A stretch of DNA of 63,142 nucleotides, filler included, from Octopus bimaculoides (GCF_001194135.2; 3 parts of 3 records of this genome joined end to end with filler, not necessarily neighbours in it), one strand, 5' to 3'; positions 39,851 to 52,841 are shown, counted from the whole stretch's first letter. A program made the numbers and translations. The notes: generated by a model not told the origin, from the sequence alone.

Positions 39851-41399
39851 CATTTGATCCTTGTTTATAGGAATTAGCTGAGTATAGCAGACGTTGTCTT
39901 GATGTATCTACTTTCCACTTTCGTGTATCATTTTAATCTCTCATAATCTCTAATGACATATGTTCACTGACTATTAACATACAATGCAATATTGCTAATT
40001 GGAGTAATATCATTCTGAAATCCCTACTGGAAGATAATTGTACTTTTCAAGATAAATTGCGCTATTGCATTCAATAAACTATGCCACCATTTCCTGACAA
40101 CGCATACACCACACACATACACACACAACACACACACAACTTGAAGGAAATAACAACAATAACAACATGAACACAGGAAAAGGTGATTTTTATCTTTGTA
40201 TATCATGCTTCAATGAATGAACTATTTTTTCAGACTATAAATCTATAATTTACAGACATATATTGCTAAAACACATTTACTCCTCAATGACTAACTGTAT
40301 ACGCCTGAATAACATTAACAGCCATTAATTTATATGGTAGCATAGGAAGCAAAATTGATTGCGTTTATGAAAAATCAACTTCAATTGCTATTGCTTTTAC
40401 AACTTTGCCAAACTGTTGCAAATATCCAGTGTAAAATACAGTTTTGCAATTTATACAGTTGTATCATAGTATTCTTTCAAAGTTTCTTCTTAGTCTTAAT
40501 ACATTAGACTTTTTTTTCTTTTTTTTCAGAAAATTATCATTGGATACTATACCAAGGAACTTAAAATTAAAATCGATGAGCAATTTTAAAGTTATAGGCA
40601 CATGGATTTTCGATTATTGGTGTCTTTTTCATTTGAGAAAATAAGAGGTTAGAAATTTAATATTTTAGAGTTCATGTGATCTTTGAAGTATTGAGAGTAC
40701 TAAGTAACAATATTTACTTAACTGAATGGAGACACCGAGCCAGGTTCTGAAATAGCTGAATATATACGGTGTTTTCTTTGCAATTACTGATATAAAAACG
40801 TGTATGCTTTCCCTATTTTCTTCTACTTCCCAACCGTAGAATATGTCTCACCATCACTGCTCTCTTGCAGTTCAACTCCACCTTGAGTACACTCGGTATA
40901 TCTTTTTTCAAATATATTCGATTTTATTAATCCTGATTCAGAAAATAACATACACATGATTTGTAGGTGTAAACAGCATCCGTTTTCTTAAGCCAACACC
41001 AGCAATGGTTTTGAAAATTTTCCTTCCATTACTTTCAAACTATGCGCGACCGAGCCAGTTCCTATAATCCCCCAACTCTATAACGTTTCCAAACATAAAC
41101 TTGAAAACAAGCTGCGGTGTATTTTATTGTCATTATCTGTATGTCCAATATCAGTCTATCGCATTCACTGCCTTATCAGAAATGTCTCAGATTTTGTTTG
41201 TTTCTTTCTTTCTCTCTTTCTTTCTTTACTCCGCCCCATCCCATTCAATAGCTGATGCCTGTGTGGATTTTGTGAATACATGTCTATTACATACCTACTT
41301 GCTTATAGCTCTCAGCGGATGTTTTGTTTAAAATAAATATTTTGATGTAAGTAATGTTGCAAATATTTAGACCGTGTCTGGTAAAGGAATACCCTGCTG

Positions 41400-41782
41400 A
41401 AACTGAAAACCAGCTGGCTATGTGCGCCATTGGTCCGTCTAATCTGCATCGCTTATCCTACCACATCGCCCTAACGAGACTTATTGTGATGGAAACCTCT
41501 GTGTGTCAAACCTTATGTGTTCTAGACCTTGATTACAGAGATGTACTTGTAGAGAAAGTGACCAGATCTGAGATCGTGTGCTGGAACGAAAACAATTGCA
41601 GAGAGATTGGCCTATAATTTTTGGCATCTGCTCTAGTTTCTCCTTCATGGATTGGGCATATTATTTCCTCCTTCAGTTTGATTGGCAGCTTGCCACTTGC
41701 AAGGAACCTCAGGAAGAGAATCTCTAGTGGTTTTGCCAGGGCACATTTGCACAATTTGAAGAGGATTGCTGGGAAACCGAAT
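41400..41782 (-). pseudogene. CR1/L2-type LINE reverse-transcriptase N-terminal fragment
   Basis: GFPAILFKLCKCALAKPLEILFLRFLASGKLPIKLKEEIICPIHEGETRADAKNYRPISL matches the pre-RT NYRPISL region of APE-type LINEs; it decays downstream. Confidence 0.85.
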
Positions 41783-42447
41783 TACAACAAATTAGAAATA
41801 AATAACCTGCCTAGAGGACATAATTCTTATAGGATTATTACATATCTTCATTTTATTTCAAAATGCGGTATGTAGGTATGTCATATGTGTTATGTAACGT
41901 CAATAACCAGTGTGTGTGTGTATCTGTGTGTGTTTGTGTGTGTGTATAACTGTAATTAATATTGCTATAAGCATTACTTAATATTATTTTGCATTCGTTC
42001 TATATTTATATCTACAGAAGATCAGTTTCCATTTTTTTGCTGCTTACCTTCACAGTAGAAACTATAGAAGATTACTTTCCTGTTATTTCCAGCATACCTT
42101 CAGAATAGAAACCGTAACTTAGATTTCCCTCCGAACTTTTTTCTTTGCTTCACTTATTCCACATCAGAATTTATGATGTCAGCTCTCAATTTCATTTCTC
42201 ACTTCAGTATATTTGTACAAATTTTCATTCGAAAATACCAATTTTCCCTAAACATAGGAAGAAACAAATTCAGTGGGGCACTCTTCCGTGGGTATGCCAT
42301 ATGTGTAATATAACGACACACATTACATGTGTGTTGTTGTTGCTGTTGTCATTATTGTTGTGTGTGTGTGTGTGTGTATGTATGTGTGTGCATGTGCGCG
42401 CGCGCCAGTATAAGTGTAGTAATCTCTATTACTTTGTATTGCTATAA

Positions 42448-43218
42448 GAAAAAGAGGAACTGATGTTGAGGGTTATCTAAGTATAAAATTATTTGCCTCG
42501 ACAATCGAAAAAGGTTACTCTGTGCATCTGAGTCACTGTTCCTTTTGGGGGCTGCTTCTTCATGAAATAAGAGAATCGACTTCCTTCTCGTTCCTAAGAA
42601 CGATTGATGGCCAAACTGTTCATACTTATAGAGAAACCTGTTTAGCCGTATTAAATCTGTCAGAAGATGACAGTCAGTGGGATAGGAGAATGGCTGAGGC
42701 TTCAGTGCCAAACACACCTATTTCTTTAAAAGATCTTTTTGCAATTCTTCTCCTCAATTATGAAGTAAATTATCCATTTGCTTTGTGGCACAAATATAAA
42801 AGTGATTTATCAGAAGAGTAAAAATATCAATCACAATTAAGATTTCTCCAAGAGGAAAATAGCATTCAACGATGACACACATAATTCTGCATAGGTTGAT
42901 ATTGAAGATCCCGTTGTCTCAATTGGAGGGGAGGAGCTCAGCAAGTTTGTCTTATCTGAAACCCATCGAAAAGAGGTGAATAATTTGATCTCAGAAGTTT
43001 TGCGAGAAACTTCATATCATATTGATTCATTATCAAAATTCATTGAAGAAAATGTCCCGAAAGTTTTGCCAGACCGATAACTTGTATATACAACTATCAT
43101 TGACCAAATGACTCATAAGAGAGGAGGATTATATTTTTTAGACGCACCAGGAGAAACTGGAAAAATTTTGTTAGGAATTTAGTGCTAGCCAAAATCCGGC
43201 AGAAAAAGGAAATAGTCT
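42448..43218 (+). pseudogene. Helitron Rep/Helicase fragment (linker and start of the PIF1-like helicase)
   Basis: LLLHEIRESTSFSFLRTIDGQ...LSEDDSQWD...LKDLFAILL...ALWHKYKSDLSEE, then after frameshifts RGGLYFLDAPGETGK (Walker A, 43141-43164)...NLVLAKIRQKK. Confidence 0.88.
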
Positions 43219-43265
43219 ATATACATACACACACACACACACACATACACACACATACCCCCCCC

Positions 43266-43327
<62 letters not shown>

Positions 43328-43790
43328 CGTATTTATATATGTATTTGTGTGATTTGTCTCTGTGCGTGTGTTTACAACTTTTAAATGTGACAGTGGAACA
43401 CATATTCCGTATTTGAAATGACTCCTGATACAATCTCAAATTTCATATTGAAAGGGAAGATACTTGAAATGGTTTCGGGAGAATAAGTCTCTCCTCACCT
43501 TTTAGAATATTTGGTGGTAATGTACAAGAAATCAGGAAAAAATACAGTATCTGTGAATATACGTACTGTGGTAAGGGTATTTAATTGTAAATCTACGTTA
43601 CGCACCTTGGTTTGCCAATGTTTATTAAGCCTGAAAACGCTAGTTCGATTCTATACACGACAATGTGGATTACTATCTCTATAAGTAGGGTTTCACTGTT
43701 CAATGATATTGAATATCAGTAACTATAATAGCATGTATATTTCTTTTTTTGTACGTTTTAATAGATTCTCTCTCTCTCACTCTCTCTCTC

Positions 43791-43838
<48 letters not shown>

Positions 43839-45319
43839 ACACACAAACACACACACACACATACACACACACACACACACATACAATTACCTACTTAAAT
43901 ATATATATGGGTGAGTGTGCATCACAGAAATTATATGAATCTCCGCATAGAATAATCACGTTTTACACCCCAAATCTAGAAGCTCATTAGAACATGAATT
44001 TCTAGGTTGATTTGTATTCAGAGGAGTGTATAAGTAATAATTCTAAATTCTGTTAAACACATATTCGTACATTCAGGCATTTATATTCTTCATTTTGGCA
44101 TTTTCGTTACTTTCTCAGCGAATTTCAGCATTTCCTTAATGCATATGCGATTTGAGTTGCGCTTCATTGCTTGTAAGACGTTTTCCTTAGTGTCTCATAT
44201 TTTCTAGTTTGTGTTATCTCTCCCTTTCTCTCTCTTTCTCTTCAACACGTATCGTTAGCTTAGATTGTTATCACTAACATTTTTCTCGGGCAAAAATAGA
44301 TATATAAATCATCATGGTACAATGCTGAGGCTCCAGCACCCTTATCTCTCTCAACTGTTCTCTCTCTAATGTTTTGTCTTTTTTTCTGTAGCATTCAAAT
44401 TCCTGCAGAGTGAGATAAATTAAACTAAATCAATATCTTCAGCGTTTGATAAATAAAATAAATAAATTTCCTTATCAAGTTTAAAAAAAAGACGAACTCC
44501 TAAACAACTTAATGTTATTAAAGGAGAAATAATAAATAACATTTATAAAGTGAGACGAAACTGATGAGTGGAAAAAATTCACATTTTTCCAGTGGTGGCT
44601 ATTATGGCCGAAAGTTCTCTTTCGAGCAATCGAATTAACGAAGACCTGAAGTGATATCTATTACAAAGATCAATGGCACAAATATAGATGAAGAGAAAAT
44701 GAATATATTGGCTCTCATTACTGCGGCAAACTCTAATTAAATTTATCTGACATTATCGTGAAGTGAGTGAAGAGATAGGGAAAGAATTTATTAATTGTCA
44801 ATTGAAAGATTTGAGAGATTCCGTAGAAACCCAAAAGAGACAAGCTGATCCCGCGAAGCATATTCGAACATAGAAAGAAACTGCTATGTCTAGTTCTCTT
44901 GTTACCACCGTAATCATCAGTACAAATAAGGGAACTAAACAAAGGGAACTTCCTGCTTTATTCTCAGTGAAGCAGTTAACAGACTACGGAAAGTTCCTTC
45001 GGGACTCTTTCTCTGTCGCTTTACTTTTGGGTATATCAAATGCAAATAAATTATTTTCGCATACACAGCAAACATTTTATTATTCGTATCTTATTTGCCA
45101 TTCACACTATTTTACATACACGCACGCACACTTAAACAAACACACATAATTACACACATATACAAACGCGTGCGTAAATATATATATATATATATATANN
45201 NNNNNNNNNNNNNNNNNNNNNNNNNNNNNNNNNNNNNNNNNNNNNNNNNNNNNNNNNNNNNNNNNNNNNNNNNNNNNNNNNNNNNNNNNNNNNNNNNNNN
45301 NNNNNNNNNNATATATATG

Positions 45320-45351
<32 letters not shown>

Positions 45352-45356
45352 TATAT

Positions 45357-45625
45357 CATGGTTGAGTGGTTAGAGCGTCAGGCCCACAGTCATGAAGTAG
45401 TGAGTTCGATTCCCAGACCGGGCTACGTGTTGTGTTCTTGAGCAAGACACTTTGTTTTACGTTGCTTCAGTTCACTCACCTATAGAAATGAGTTGTGATA
45501 TCACTGACGCCAAGCGGTATCGGTTTTTGCCTTTCCCTTGGATAACAACGGTGAGGTGGAAAGGGGAAGGTGGTATGCCTGGGCGTCTGCTGGACTTCTA
45601 TAAACAACCTTGCCCGTACTTGTGT
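45357..45625 (+). mobile_element. tRNA-derived SINE family 3
   Basis: tRNA-like head tggttgagtggttagagcg...gagttcgattccc (A and B boxes) followed by CORE-like tgtgttcttgagcaagacactt. The 3' end is approximate. Confidence 0.8.
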
Positions 45626-46715
45626 GCATATATACGTCTGTATGAGTGCATGACTGTTTGCATCCACACACAACGACTGCACAAATACACGTTTATTACG
45701 GTAGCATTTAGCTTACGCATGTTTCTTTCCCCAATCTGTCTTATATTACCGTACTGTAACTGCTTCGGTGAGCGTAATCTTACGCATTTTACTACTCTAA
45801 ACTTACGTTTTTTTCTGTGTTCCAGGTACTAGAAATATACAGATTGGCGCTTTTGGCAAAATGGTTTACCATTGAGAATACCTTAGTCCAAAATGCCTTT
45901 TACTGTAGTGGAATGTTTTCCTTAAATTACTCTTCACACCTAGAGACAAAGATATTTTGAGTATCCATGACATACGCAGAGATACATCATTTAGCCTTGA
46001 TCGATTCAATGAACTTTATTGATTCCCTTGATATTGTGTCGTTCGTTTTGATATGCTTCATCAATAATTTCACATATTTATAACCTTTATTTTCACAGGC
46101 AGCTTTAAAGAAGGAAATTGAAATTTAGAGACCAGTGAAAGCAACACAATATAAGTTACTTATCAAAAATAATAAGATTTTTTATTTATTTATTTATCAT
46201 TTAACTCATGTGAGACAATATAACGTGATAGATAATTTGATTACTGACAGATAAGTCAGAAATAGAAATCCCTGTGAGGGATTGTTTTACTGTTCCCGTT
46301 TCCTGTTGAATGTACAACAGTAGGTATTAATCTCCCAAAATAAATGACAACTCAATTTGCTCTGGCGCATGCCGTCATTGCCGGCTGAAAAACAGGAGAT
46401 GAGATTGGACAAGGAAAAAGTACGACTATGAGCTAAACTGAATAAGAACTAATGTGTTAATATACTTTTGGGAATTTCGAAGCCCAGTATAGTCGAATGA
46501 TAAAAAGTTCTAAACATGGTATTCTGAGAGTGAACAAAGCATTTTGGGATTATGAATAAGTTGGTATCATAATAGCACGGAAATGAAAGATGGAAAACAT
46601 TTTCCCTGTATTTAAGTTGCAAAGGTGTCTTTTCTGATATCACAGAACTTAATTTAATTTCATGCGACGGAGATTATGCAAACTATAAACACATGCACAC
46701 CTGTATATATCATTT

Positions 46716-46840
<125 letters not shown>

Positions 46841-48997
46841 TATATGTGCATTTATGCATAAGGGTGAAGGTTATGCAATCATTTTGTTTTTGTCAACCTT
46901 AATGATAAGTAGAAGTGAATAATAAACTTTCTTCAAACGCATTAAGCGAATCATGCAACTGAAGTGAAACCATAGAGAGTTCTATGATCTAAGCTCTGGA
47001 CAAATTATAGAATTTTCGAATATTTATATTTTTAAACGGACTTGTGTCGCGGTTGTGGTTGGGGTTAGAAGTGCCATAAATATATAGTTAACAATCCTTG
47101 ATTTTCATCTTGTGGCTGATGAATCAACGCTTCTATACTGAATATATTAACATTATAATGTACAAGCGCACTACATATTATGTTATTCATTGACAATACA
47201 ATGAATTCGTGTAACTTTTAATATTTTTCTGTCCACTAAATCTATTTGTATAGATGTTTCTTCTTGAAAATAATTGGAACATGTAATCCATTTGCCAGAA
47301 CGGAGTTGCATTCATTCTTCTTAAACATAGTGTGCTAATCGTTTATAATATAGTCAATACACAATATTCTATTTTCAATGGCAAACAAATTATGGAACTT
47401 AACGATATACTTATTGAATAATTATTGAGTAAATTCTAAGGAGTTTTCTATTACTTGAAAATGTATATAATCAGTAACAGCATAAAGCATCTATCTCCTC
47501 ATTGCTGTTAGAAAGAAAGAAATATAGTGCCTATATTCACGCAGTGTCATTCCCTATTGAAATATATTTATACGTTATCAGTGAAGCACATGGAATATCA
47601 TATTAATCCGTTTACTAAATTTATATTATGATGGTAATGTCTTCAGCATTCAAGCGCCATTTCATAAGCCATTAGGAGAATATCAACTAATAACATAACA
47701 GAATAGGCATGGTATTTATTTCCCTTTATATATATCTATTTCTCTCCGGAATAACTTCTCCATATCTCTTACATGACAAGTGAAGATTAACGACATAGTT
47801 TGTATATAAGGAAGATCACGCATTCACAAACCTCTTTTACTGAGGAAATTCTGATGAATATAAATCAAGTAATATAATTCGCAAAATGCACATTAAAATA
47901 TTTAAATGTTTTCCCCCTCAAATTGCTTCGGAATAACAAAGTAATTTCCACCCAATTACACTACATTTGAAGCAAGCGAAAGCAAACTGACATGAATATT
48001 TCATAATTATATGAAAAATCATTTGAAAAATACAATTGAATTAAATGTTATATTTGATGGCTCTGTATGAATTTTGTTTTCATTACAGAATTCTAGTCGA
48101 TAATTATTATATGTGAAGCGAAAACAAAATTATATGAATGTGCGTGTCGTTTAAATAATTTATTTATGTTCATTATATAAATTAGTGCTATCAGGATACA
48201 TAAACGAATGTATGAAAACTGATAAAAAATAAACAATGCAATATCTTCGATGTTTTGACTCTGACAAATATCTGAATTTGCGGACCATTTACTGCAATAA
48301 ACAGCATGATAGCGATATTGCATTATAACTTGAAGGATAGATCTGCACAAAAATGTGATTGAAAACTAATTTGCTCAACGTTAAACCTTGAAAAGTGCAA
48401 GATATTTTAAATTGCAAAGTTACCAAATTTGAAAATACGTTTAGAAACAATTTGTTTTGCGTTCCTTGTATTTAAATGTATATTTGAAGCACACGGATAT
48501 ATAGGATAAATAATTGACGAGCTTCTTCAACGATTATATCTACGTGATAGAATATCAATATTTACTATCGCAGTATTTGTAATTATTGGTCGATAAATGG
48601 GATAGAAACATATTTCCATCCAAAATATATATCGAGAAGAGCTTGCAATTCTTTGTGATGCATGCATATACATGTATACCTTAAGTTTTGCAAGACGAAT
48701 CCCACGAAAATGCCAAGGTGTCTAATGCATCCAAAATGATGATTCAGTCATTAATAGAAATGGAATTGCATTTATGAAAGGTAATCACCACTGTGTTGGT
48801 GGCATATTTGTTTGGCATTTTTGCATATTGTAGTGAAACGAAAGGAGACATATGATAAAAAAGCAATTTCTGGCATCCTCCATGGGTGTGAAGGTTATGT
48901 AAATCGATGGTAAAAAGGTGCGCTTGTCGTCTGTTACAGCTGTTTCTAGAAAGGTTGTACAATTGTTGCAGTTTGCTGCATGTTGACCGTGCAAGCG

Positions 48998-49088
<91 letters not shown>

Positions 49089-49738
49089 TGTGTGTGTGTG
49101 TTAGAAATAAGAAAAAGAGTGATATGAAATTCACATGTTAATACAACAGACGTATTGTAGGCTTACGAGTTTTTTTCTCCATTTTACGGGACAATCCATC
49201 AATAAATATGAATCGTATACAACAAACCGGGAATTCATAGTTAAGGCAATTTTAACAAACATGTGAGGAATGGAGTGTTTATGTAATTTTAGTCATGATT
49301 AAAAAAAAAAACATATACTTCTTGTTCAATCAAATGTTAGCTTGTAGTTTATTAGATGTAGTCTCCTAAACCTAGACGCTTCTGCTACTACCATTTACAG
49401 CGCAATATACTAAGATTGTTACAAATACAATATATGCTATGGTATAAATTTGTATAGTCTCTTAATAATAAATCTGAAATACAAAATACAATAAAGTTTT
49501 CGAAATGTGACTTCTCAAAAAATATTTATTCAATTACATAAATTATACATGCTATAAATGAATATACAGTATATATTCAAATAAGTTTTATTTAAGAAGA
49601 TCATTCATGCCTTGGGATAAATTTTAGAATCAGAAGAATAATTTATTTCAATAATATTTTTGGTTATTAACGTACAGCAAACTTGTTATATAAGTCTGTT
49701 TGTTAGTCTGTTCCTTCGTTCGTCTAACTATCTATCTC

Positions 49739-49832
<94 letters not shown>

Positions 49833-49933
49833 CATCTATCTATCTTTCCATCTATTGATCTACCTATCTGTGTGTGTGTCTGTCTATAGAGTGATAGATA
49901 GGTAGGCAGATATATATAAATATACAGTATATA

Positions 49934-50854
49934 TTGGGTCATCCGATAAATAATGCTGTTTTTGTGCTTATTTTATTTTTTTTTAATGAAGATAAACGAA
50001 GTTCTTTTTTAAACTAAAGTACACTCTCCCTCATTTTCCACAATGCACTTCTATCTACCTAGTAGACGTGCAAGTCCCCTCTTTCAAAATTCACTTGTCC
50101 GTGACGAAAAATACTCCACTACTGTTTTGACGTCATCTACAGGACTCCTATTTTTTCCGTCCAAATGGTTTTGAAGAGTACAGAATAAATAACAATCAGA
50201 TGGAGCAATGTCTGGAGAATATGATGTTTGGGGCATCGTTTCCCATTCTAACTGCTCCAACCTTTAGAATGTCATTCTCTCGCTATGTGACTGTGCATTA
50301 TCCTTATGGAAGAACACCGTTCGTCTTGAAACCAAAGATGGTCGTTTTTCTTCTAGCGTTGACTTGAATTACTGATTGAATGACCAAATGTAAGCTTCTC
50401 TGCTAGTTCCTCAACAGTCACGAAGGGATTTTGCTCCACCAAGGTTTGCAGGACGTCCTTGTCGTATTCTACAAAGCTTCCAGGACGAGACTCGTCTTCT
50501 AGGCTGTAGTTTCCCGCTCAGAATATCTGGGACCACCATTGACACTGGCTTACGCAAACTCTCTGATCCTCATATACTGCATTAATATTCCTCGCACTTT
50601 TCCTTGAATTGTTTCCTTTATTAAACTCATAAAGCAAAATATGCCGAATATGTTCCTTTCCCACTTCCATTATAACTTTTATAAAATAAGAGTTAAAATC
50701 GAACTGAACTCTTTAGAACTTGCAATAAGAATAAGTAGAAGGTACAATTACTACCTACTTTTATAGCAAGTTGATGTAGGTAGCTTATCCAGCCCTTCTT
50801 CGAATTTTAGCTCAGGCAATTGAAAAAAACTGCATTATATATGGGATGAGCAAG
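49934..50854 (-). mobile_element. mariner transposon family A, both TIRs, internally deleted
   Basis: TA + ttgggtcatccgataaataatgctgtt at 49934 and inverted aactgcattatatatgggatgagcaag ending 50854. Same family as 6669-7616. Confidence 0.92.
50009..50670 (-). pseudogene. mariner transposase pseudogene with internal deletion
   Basis: MEVGKEHIRHILLYEFNKGN...YSLEDESRPG...EELAEKL, deletion near 50372, then VFFHKDNAQSH...SYSPDIAPSDCYLF...RGLARLLGR*KCIVENEG*. Confidence 0.92.
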
Positions 50855-50938
50855 AATTGATTACTTCACAATGTCCCTTAAAAAACAAATTTAAATTGCG
50901 AAAACGACAGCCATACAATATATATATATATATATATA

Positions 50939-51038
50939 NNNNNNNNNNNNNNNNNNNNNNNNNNNNNNNNNNNNNNNNNNNNTTAATTAATTAANNNNNN
51001 NNNNNNNNNNNNNNNNNNNNNNNNNNNNNNNNNNNNNN
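50939..51038. other. artificial assembly spacer N44-TTAATTAATTAA-N44
   Basis: Identical to 25468-25567. Confidence 0.93.
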
Positions 51039-51061
51039 ATATATATATATATATATATATA

Positions 51062-51205
51062 CCTTGAATTTCTAGTCGAATGGGTCGATCTCAATACTTA
51101 CCTTTAAAGCCTATCGGTCCGTTATGCGCAACCGCTATGTTAGGGGGACGTAAACAAACCACACCGGTTGTCAAGTGGCGGGGAACAAACAGACACACAC
51201 AAGTA
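51062..51205 (-). mobile_element. SINE family 1, 3'-half fragment (left arm of fold-back)
   Basis: Reverse strand ...ttgacaaccggtgtggtttgtttacgtccccctaacatagcggttgcgcataacggaccgata...taagtattgagatcgacccattcgactag. Confidence 0.88.
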
Positions 51206-51220
51206 CACGCAAACACGCAC

Positions 51221-51370
51221 ACGTCCCCGTGACATAGCGGTTGAGCATAAGGCACCGATAGAATAAGTATTAGGCTTTAAAGATAAGTATTGAGGTCGAT
51301 CCATTCGACTAAAATTTCAGGACAGTGCCCCGGCATGACTGCAATGTAATGACTGAAACAAGTAAAATAA
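51221..51370 (+). mobile_element. SINE family 1, 3'-end fragment (right arm of fold-back)
   Basis: acgtccccgtgacatagcggttgagcataaggcaccgatagaataagtattaggc...gactgaaacaagtaaaataa. Confidence 0.88.
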
Positions 51371-51610
51371 TGGAATCATAAAAGAATGTATATAAATAAA
51401 TATAAGATCCAAGGATCAAGGTGTAGGAAGAAAGTCAGCTTCAAGCAATCTGCAGTAAATATTAAAAACAAGTTTCAGGGACAATGGTGGTTTATTGAGA
51501 TGGAAGGTTGCGGATATTTTCGCATCGAAGTACGATAAACCGAAGAAAGTTGTTTTTATATTTCACGGTAGGCGATCAGAGTTGCCGGGTGTATTAATCA
51601 GAATTCAAAA

Positions 51611-51899
51611 GGTAAGGGATGGGGTAGATAAGATGCGGGCTACATACGTTTCGTACCGAGCGGAACCTGGGAAGTGGTAAAAATCCAATCAATGTAAATT
51701 CGATCAGACACATTCTGATCGAATCTTCCATGTATTAACATGTACCTCCTTGCGACAATGTAAGCTTTCATTGAACCAAGATATTCATGACTTGATGAGT
51801 AGCCAGCGGTATATACTTCTCGCTTGGATATTTAACATTTCCGAGGTTCCGATCGCCATGAAACGTGTAGCTCGGATTTTATCTACTTCATTCCTTGTA
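51611..51899. repeat. diverged inverted repeat (arms 51611-51690, 51822-51899) enclosing a perfect 11-bp hairpin (51698-51724)
   Basis: Arms are about 79% identical by manual alignment; hairpin attcgatcaga-cacat-tctgatcgaat. Confidence 0.85.
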
Positions 51900-52144
51900 T
51901 CTTGTATGTATATATCGTTCTTTCTGTCCACTTCCTTCCTCAAAAAAAGACGTGCCTTCCTGCTCCTCATGGCACGTCCACCTAGCGTTCATAATAATTT
52001 TTCTATCGTCTTGGCTCAACAGCCCTCATCTTTTGTTTTTACTGTCTTGTTCTCACTGTCCTGTTCTTGTTAACACTTTCACCCTCCGCAAAAAATCACA
52101 AATTTTATTTAATTTGCTTTGCGGAAAAGACTGGTTCAACGAAG

Positions 52145-52206
52145 TCGCGTATTGTCCTTGCCTTCGAAACGCGGAGTAGATGAAACAGGGACAACTAATG
52201 AAGGAG
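52145..52206 (+). ncRNA. candidate non-circularly permuted hammerhead ribozyme, G5A-mutated core
   Basis: tcgcgt-A(52151) / stem I ttgtccttg 52152-60 pairing cagggacaa 52186-94 / cttc-GAAA(52166-69)-cgcgg pairing tcgcgt / CTAATGA 52195-52201, extra A, ggag pairing cttc. Confidence 0.55.
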
Positions 52207-52374
52207 TATACTATTTATGTTGCATGTCTCATTTCTCTGTTTTTCGTTAGTCGAAAAAAGTTCGTTTTCTATGTTTTCGTTTCTCATTGTGTTTAACGTT
52301 TTTTTTTTATGTTCTGTACCCATATATGCATGTATGTATACATATAGATGTAGGTATGTATATATATGTATGGA

Positions 52375-52841
52375 CATATGCATATATGGGTAAAGGACGC
52401 CAGAAAACGTAAGCAACATAAAAAAACGAGTACATGAATTACGAAAACGTAGAAAACGAACTTTTATTGCGAACAGATGTCCCTGGTAGTTAGCCGATGA
52501 AGCACGTTCAGTGCCTCACTACCTTTGACTACCTGACGTTATCCACGGTATTTACACAATTGTCNNNNNNNNNNNNNNNNNNNNNNNNNNNNCGATCTAT
52601 ATATGCGTATATGTATATATACACGTACATACTTACATATATATGAATATACATATGCATATATGGGTAAAGGACGCCAGAAAACGTAAGCAACATAAAA
52701 AAACGAGTACATGAATTACGAAAACGTAGAAAACGAACTTTTATTGCGAACAGATGTCCCTGGTAGTTAGCCGATGAAGCACGTTCAGTGCCTCACTACC
52801 TTTGACTACCTGACGTTATCCACGGTATTTACACAATTGTC
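52375..52841. repeat. identical 190-bp direct duplication across an N gap (52375-52564, 52652-52841)
   Basis: Both copies read catatgcatatatgggtaaaggacgccag...ggtatttacacaattgtc; the first ends exactly at the gap. Confidence 0.9.

Noticed and set aside
44555-44585. ctgatga followed by gtg...cac
   Set aside because: No GAAA or stems I/III in any order.
44943-45000. Nested hairpin ggaacttcc...ctgcttta/tgaagcag...ggaaagttcc
   Set aside because: Single copy, no known motif and no covariation evidence.
45357-45425. tRNA gene
   Set aside because: A/B boxes are present, but there is no complete cloverleaf and it continues into a SINE body.
52486-52520. Hammerhead-like ccgatga-a-gcac-gttca-gtgc (also at about 52770)
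   Set aside because: The hairpin is real, but GAAA and stem III are absent and the core has U4C; it cannot be called.
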